Origin: the human T2T-CHM13v2.0 reference genome, Homo sapiens
Direction: 5' to 3' (one strand)
Assembly: GCF_009914755.1 (NCBI RefSeq)
Contig: NC_060928.1
Length of the DNA stretch: 64,000 nucleotides
Shown: positions 57,210 through 64,000 of the stretch, piece by piece
Numbering within the stretch: position 1 is the first letter of the stretch
Layout: each line of letters begins with the position of its first letter
The notes under the pieces: model-generated
What the model was told of the DNA's origin: nothing
Seen by the model: the letters and a program-made list of their open reading frames with translations, nothing else
Databases searched by the model: none
Translations under genes and position numbers: made by a program

Positions 57210-59845
57210 GATATAGGTACTTCTGATTACCTCCATTCCCTCCTAAGATCTCAGAATGAAAGTAAATGACAAAAATGTTATAAATCTAGAAAGACAAAGA
57301 AATTTGAGAGGAAGTCACAGCAACATAATTTTGGAACCTAGAAGACAGATGGACATATGGAAACTAACTCAGCAGATCTAAGAAGAATGAAGTCCAACTC
57401 AGCAGTACAAGGTGATGAGCAAACTGACTTGCACTGTAGAACTTTAGAAATATTTAGGGATTAGAGGCCTTAGATTCAGTGTGAGCTGTGAAAACAAGGG
57501 TGAAGCCAAGACTGAAAGCAGGATAACTAATGAAAAGTCTGTTTGGAAGCAGTTAGACCTCCTGATTCTTAACCATACAGGGTGATTTGCCCTCCTCCAA
57601 CGCAGAAGACATGAGGTTTATCCTCTGTAGAATGTGAACCAGACTTAACTGGATACAATAGACATGATCAAGAGAGAAAGAAACCACAGTGAAAACAGAA
57701 GGTTACGTAAAAATCCATCTGTGAAATGGTGAGATCGCTTTAGAAACCTATACACATTTCCAGAACAGCCTTTAAACTGGCTTACACTCCCTAGGCAAGA
57801 AATTGATTCTGTTCTATGGAATCTTTTTTATAAGAAAAACACTAAATATACAATTAATTGAGGCTCTTTCAATAAAATAGCTGAGTCAGATCACCCTATA
57901 GTTGAGCCCACGAGCCACGACTGTAAGGCAAACTTCTAATCAGCCTTCTAAACACTGCATTTTTATACACGTATGAACATCCCAGGATTACCACATAGAA
58001 ATCCTCTAACATAAATGATGGAGGTGGAGTGGGTGTGGAGAAGTGGAAGAAAAGAACTCAAAAGAAATTACTTAGAAACAGGAAATGAATCCTTGATATT
58101 CCAGAAGAGATAAAAGAATACATTGCATCTGTGAAATAAAAATCAAATGCCTTGAAAAAGAAATACTTGAATAGATCTCTTGAATATTAATGATATGATA
58201 GCAAAAATGAAAGGTTCGGCAAGTGCAACAATGGACAATAGGAGAGAAAATCCAAGCTACTAATGTCCCAGAAAGAAAGAACACTGAGGAACACGGGAGA
58301 ATTTTTTTCAAAACAAAAAAAATACAAGAAAATCTTCCAGAGATAAAAGATATACATTTTATTTATTTAAAAGTTTGTGTCATTTGCCACAACATAGATG
58401 AAACTGGAGGAAGTTATGCTAAGTGAAATGAATCAGACACAGAAAGACAAATACCATGTGACCTTCACTTGTTTTCTAGATTCCATATGTGGAATCTATA
58501 AAAGTGGAACTCACAGAAGTGGAGACTAGAATGGTGGTGATTAGGGGCTTGGGTGAGGGTGAAGGAGTAATGGAAAGATGTTGGTCAAGGGGTACAAAGT
58601 TTCAGTTAGAAGAAACATGTTTTTGAGATCTACTGAACAGCATAGTGTCTATGGTTAATAATTATGAAACTGATATTTCAAAATTGCTAGGAGAGCAGAT
58701 TTGAAATGTGTGTACCACAAAAAATGATAAGTATGTGATGTGATAGATTGGTTAATTAGCTGAGTTTAATCATTCCACAATGTATGCATACATCAAAACA
58801 TTACATCGTACCCCATAAAAACATACAATTTTTATTTTTCAATTAAAAAACTCTATAAGTACACAGCACAACGATGAGTAAAAATGAGCACCAAGTCAAT
58901 TTCATCACTGGGATTTCAGGACACTAGGAACAAAATGACGGTCCTACAAACTTTGAAAGACAAAGAGACCAAAACAGGTCATTGAGAAAGAACTGAGAAT
59001 CAGAATGGCAACTGACTTTTCAACAGCAACACTTGAGTGTAGATAATAATAGAACAGTATTTTTGAGTCTGAGGGATGATATATTATAGTTTGGAGTAAC
59101 AGTAAATCCCAGAGAAGAGAAACGTAGTAGGAATTCCAAGGAGGATGATGAAAGGAAACCCTAGGATGAAAGCTGGTAAAAAGTCCAAGCTGGAGCTGGA
59201 ACACAGAGAACTCTCTGTTCTCTAAGACTCTTCCATTTCTATGGAGACTAAAGTGACAGGATACTTGGATGTTTAGTATTTTGAGGGGATTGATACTGAG
59301 AAAGAGAGTTTGGGAATGAATTAGGGAAAAGTAGTAGAAGATCAAATACATAAAATCAAAATATTCATTTATTCTGGAAGAAACGTTACAAGAAAGAAAC
59401 CATAATAATCAATGCATGCTGTGTGACTCAGGTATTAAGAGAGATACATGTTAATACAAACCCTGAATATTGCGATCAGTAAAAGGTATGTTAGGTCAGT
59501 AATGGGAGTAGCAGGGAAGGAGAAAGTGTGGCCTCTGGGTGTGCATTTGCGGAGTGGTCATAAAATAATACAATCTTCAGATTTCACAGTGAAAATTCAA
59601 TGTATAATGTCTAACCCACCTCCCAAAAAAAGTCAAGGAATAGAAGCAAAAACATTTGACTTAGATGGAAGCAAGTAATTACCAAATATCAAAATAAATA
59701 TAACAGTTGAAAGTGGTTGTTTTTGAGGAACAAGAATGTGGTGAAAGGCACAGAACTGCAGCTTTATATAATTCCTGTGAAGTGACTTGACTATTTAAAC
59801 CATGTCTATATAGAGCTTTGACTGAAAATAAAATCAAAACTAAAA
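57210..59845 (+). mobile_element. Old HAL1/L1M-like ORF1-bearing element
   Basis: Degenerate ORF1-like text ('atcagaatggcaactgacttttcaacagcaacact') followed without ORF2 by a HAL1-like 3' end and A-rich tail. Confidence 0.55.
58375..58850 (+). mobile_element. L1MA 3' end nested in the older element
   Basis: 'ttatgctaagtgaaatgaatcagacacagaaagacaaatac' ... 'gtaccccataaa' plus A tail. Confidence 0.8.
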
Positions 59846-59909
59846 AGAGCTAAAGGCAGTGAAGTCCTGATTTTGACCTCCAGATATGATAGTTAAAATA
59901 GATGCTTAC

Positions 59910-60042
59910 AGTGGATGTGTACACTCTTGAATATTGCACATTCGTCTAATAGGTTTCGGCTTTTTGTTGGCCTCACAGAAGCTGCGATGGACCATTTTAT
60001 TATCACTTTTCCTACGGCATCCATATTTAGTGTACTGGAAAC
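59910..60042 (-). CDS. ADAMTS3: ADAMTS3 coding exon (4th from last): TSP1 repeat
   Basis: (G)[43 protein letters not shown](L); acceptor ttttccAG, donor GTaagc; 133 nt, phase 1 to 2 fits neighbours. Confidence 0.95.
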
Positions 60043-60699
60043 CTGGAAAAGGAAATAAAGTTCTTTGGATTTAATCACTTCTTCATGCTGATAGTTACTT
60101 GATTATTCACTTACTCATTCATACATTTATTCATCCATTCAATAAATATGTATTGAGTGCATACAAACCGGCACTTCAATAGGTGCTGAAGGTCCCAAAG
60201 AACATTAAATAAACAAAAACTTTTACCTTTTCAGAGAATACGTTTGATAAATATTGCAACTGCATGCATGTTAAAGAACTAGACTCTAAATATACACAGT
60301 CTAGCATGAGAGGTAGATACGAAAACCACTGTGACAATACTTAGTGACATAGGCTTTTAGAAAACTATGTAAATAACTTACAGTAGAGGGCACCAAAGGA
60401 ACACAGAGGGAAGAGATCTGTAACTTGGAGGGGAGGGGAAAGCTTAGAGGATCAGTACTTTTCTTCAGCAGAATACTGAAGTTCAAATAGTATGGGGTAA
60501 TGGAAATGAAGCAGAATTATTCTCCAAGCAAAGGAAATAACGTGTGAAAAACTGCGGTTTCTTCATGTGGCTAGAGGATCATGTGTGAAGAGTGCACGAG
60601 TTAGGGAAGGATCAGATCTTGAAAGCCTTCAGTGTCTAACAAGTTTCTGGACATTATCCTGAAGGTTATAGGGAGTTACTGAGGGTCTCTCAAACATCA

Positions 60700-61330
60700 A
60701 CTTTTATATTTGTAATTATGTATATAAATTTGAAAAAATTCAAACCTATCCAAAAGTTGTAAGAAAAAACAATATTTGTATACCTTGCATCTAGATTGAT
60801 CTTTTGTGACTATGTCACATTTGCTATATTTCTTTATATATGTGTATGTGTGTAAATATACATATAATTTTGCTGAACCATTTGAAAGTTGAGGACATCC
60901 TGATCCTTCACTCCTAAATACTTCAGCACAGATTTCAGAAGTACATTCTCTTATATAACTATAATATAATTCTTAAAATCAGGACATTTAACATAGACAT
61001 AGTGCTATTATCTAACATACAGACCTATTCAAAAATGTTCAGTTGTCCCTATCATGTTATTTATGGCAATCCTTTTCCAGTCAAGGATCATATGTTGCGT
61101 TTAACTGTTATGTCTCCAGCCTCCATCAATCAGAAATAATTACTGAACCTCTTTTTGTCTTACGGCATTTACTAGTTTTGAAATTTAAAAACTATTTGTT
61201 TTATAAAATGTTCCGAAATTTGGGCCTGTTTAACTGTGTTCTAATGATGAGATTCAAGGGATTCATTTTTAGAAAGAATGCTACATAAAGTGATGTTGTG
61301 TCTTCAGGGCAACATGTTAGAAGACTGAAG
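60700..61330 (-). mobile_element. Old L1MC/ME 3' fragment
   Basis: 'ctgaaccatttgaaagtt', 'ctcctaaatacttcagca' motifs. Confidence 0.55.
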
Positions 61331-62532
61331 GATTTTAATCTGGGAAATAATATAATTTTACCATTCATTCATGCATGCATTCAAGAAAAATTACCCTGTA
61401 AATTAAGGAAGAGAAGAACATCAATATTAGTTGACTAGTTAAAAGGCTATTGCAATAATCGTCCCTCCCAAAGTGGTGACTGGAGTCTGGTGAAGAAGGA
61501 ATAGATGTGGTAGATATGAAGAAGGTATATCTGACAAATATTATGACCAAGTAAATGTTGAGAGTACAGCAGAAGGGAGGGTCCAAATTAAATAAGCATC
61601 TTGTAATGGATAAAGAGATGTCATTTAAAATACTTAACTATTGTATTCTTCCCTCAAGAAAACACTTTAGAAATACAGCCTTGAACTTAAAATTATAAAA
61701 TAAATAATTTACACAAGCACTGCCTAATACAAATTTTGTTCTCAATTATTTGCTGTCATTTTTGTAACAGCCTCTTGCCTTCTCCTGCCCATGGTGGGAA
61801 ATTGGTAATGGAGCACTTGTTTAGAACTAGAGGAATGGATGATGGGAGAAATTGAGAGACATTAAATCCAGCTTAATGGACTCTGGAGAGGGAACGGAGG
61901 CAGCACAGTGCAGTGAGTGAGAGCATGTGTTCAGAAGCCAGGTTATCTGGGTTTGAATCCTATGGGCTCTGGGCAATTATCTTCTGTGTGCTTCAGTTTT
62001 GCTACCACTTTAACAGAGATAACAACAGTACCAACTGCGTAGGGCCATTGTGAGTATTCATGCATTGATATATAAAGCATTTAGAACAGTATCTGGTTTC
62101 AAATACATAGCATAGTCAGTTACACAGTCATGTAACCAATAGCTCTTTTGTTATTAACTCTGGTAGAAATGCAGAGAGATACAGAAAGCAAAAGTAGGTA
62201 AGAAGAAAGATGAGGACCAGAGTACACTGAATTTGGGAGAGTTTTGGAGTTTGGGAAGAATAAAGTGATTAAGGGTACCACTACAGTAAATGCAAGACAA
62301 AGGACCTGAGAGAAAAGGGCAAGAGGATTTTAAGGTCTGTCACTGTTATGAAAGGAATCCTATGATTTGGTGATTCTGAGATTTCAGTAAAAATGTTTTG
62401 TATTGATGTTTTGATGGTTATGTTTGGTGTTTCTCAGATTGTGGCCTCGATTAGAGACAGCAATAAAGGTAGAAGCAAGATTGGTTTTTATATGCATTAC
62501 ATTTTAATATAATAAATGTGTTCAATGGTTAC

Positions 62533-62698
62533 CTCCACCACAGGGTTTGGAACACTGAGACCAGCTCTTCAAAGCCCACTCAAAAGTATCTAATTCTTCC
62601 TGGATGACATTGTTGCTGTTGATTGTAGGTACAGAGTCTTCATGGATGATGTACTTATATGTCAGGCTAGAGCGGGTATCATTTTCTTGAGGTATAAT
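62533..62698 (-). CDS. ADAMTS3: ADAMTS3 coding exon (5th from last): end of spacer and start of TSP1 repeat
   Basis: Manual translation [55 protein letters not shown](G); acceptor ...tgttAG, donor GTaacc; 166 nt, phase 0 to 1. Confidence 0.95.
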
Positions 62699-63306
62699 CT
62701 AACATACACATGAAATCAATATGTAAATCACCTGAGGGTTTTAAATTTTGAGTGTAAAATTACAAATATTTCAGAATATTGCTCTTATTAAAACTGAAAA
62801 CTTTCAAATAGTTTCAAAAATTATAATGTTTTTATTTCTATAAACCATAGTGCAAATGTGCCCTGTTTAAGAAAAAGATGAAGTATCTATAAAACTTTTA
62901 ACATAAAAGTGTTAAAAAATACATACACTGAGGAGTAAGAGTTTGTATTATAAAAATAATAACTTTATAAGGTTCACTGTAGGTTTCCTTAAATTATATC
63001 ATCTCCTTTTTAAAGGATTTTAACTTTTAAGTGTAAAGAATTATAATTAAAATTAAAGGATTAAAATTTTTAAATTAAAATTTTTAAATTTTTAAATTTT
63101 TTGAATTTTTAAATTTAAAAATTTTGGTGCATTTTAAAATTGTCTTCAACGGAAATTGTTGTGTTGTGATGATAAAGATAGTAATGTTCCCTCCAGAAAA
63201 TATATACATTATGGAAAAATAGAAAGAAAACGAAAAATCATAATTCTACCTAACTAGAGAAAACCAGTCACTTTTATTATTGTGATAGTCCCTCAAGATA
63301 TTTGCA

Positions 63307-63309
<3 letters not shown>

Positions 63310-63350
<41 letters not shown>
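63310..63350. repeat. (TG)n microsatellite
   Basis: About 20 units. Confidence 0.95.
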
Positions 63351-63352
<2 letters not shown>

Positions 63353-63431
63353 AGACATATTTACTTTCCTGGCTTTGTTTATTTCATGTAACATGCACAT
63401 TTCTCAAAATATTCTTTGAAAACATGCTTTT

Positions 63432-63625
63432 GGAGTGTGGAATGATGGTCATTGGAGACTCAGAGGGGTCAGAGGGAATGGAAGGAGGGCTGAATGATGG
63501 GAACTTGCTTGGTGGGTACAATGTGCATTGCTCCAGTGATGGATGCACTGAAGGCCCTGACTTTACCACAATGCAAGATATCAATGTAGCTAAATTGCAC
63601 TTGTACAAAAAAAAGTTAAAAAAAG
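63432..63625 (+). mobile_element. L1PB/L1MA 3' end fragment
   Basis: 'cattggagactcag...gggtacaatgtgca...ccctgactttaccac...ttgcacttgtac' plus A tail; degenerate TSD GAAAAcATgCTTTT / GAAAAtATaCTTTT. Confidence 0.8.
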
Positions 63626-64000
63626 AAAATATACTTTTAAATGTCAGCATAGTCTGTAATCCTAAAATTGTTATGTATTATTGTTAATAAGTGTGTGGTA
63701 ACTCTTCAATATTTGTTTTCATTAGAAATTTTCCCAACCTTTGTGGGGATTTCTGGCGTTTCTTAGTAGACTGAAGGGAACAAACACTTTTTATAATTCT
63801 AGTTCTTCTGATAGACTGGTGAATGGTCCTCCGGAACAGTTAGAACAATTGTTACTTTAATAATGAGAGTGTATGAAAGTGGCCATTTGACACTACATGT
63901 TACATAATTTTCACCTTTATTAATTGGATGGGAAAAATATCATGATTTTAGTTGTTATTTATTTGATAACTAATAAAGTTTAATTTTCCTAAGTTTATTA

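Overview
AT-rich, CpG-depleted, repeat-dense primate (very likely human) genomic DNA. The right third (about 45.2-62.7 kb, minus strand) holds the last five coding exons and the ~2.1 kb 3' UTR of ADAMTS3 (procollagen N-propeptidase / pro-VEGF-C processing metalloprotease). These exons encode the end of the spacer, three TSP1 repeats, the PLAC domain and the Ser/Pro-rich tail. All exons have GT-AG boundaries and phases that join in frame. The left ~45 kb is intergenic: L1 (a 5' UTR-containing L1PA and two 5'-inverted L1PA insertions), a complete THE1 provirus with a nested MLT2A LTR and Alu, solo LTRs, about ten Alus, MER58 and microsatellites. I found no CRISPR, RNA gene or convincing novel multi-gene system. 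The best unexplained signal is a diverged ~300 bp non-adjacent direct duplication at 13.6/14.5 kb with a residual ORF. Also notable are two L1 inversions that break at the same L1 position, a tandem duplication straddling an L1 junction, and several candidate post-transcriptional controls on ADAMTS3. Repeat subfamily calls are by eye and approximate.
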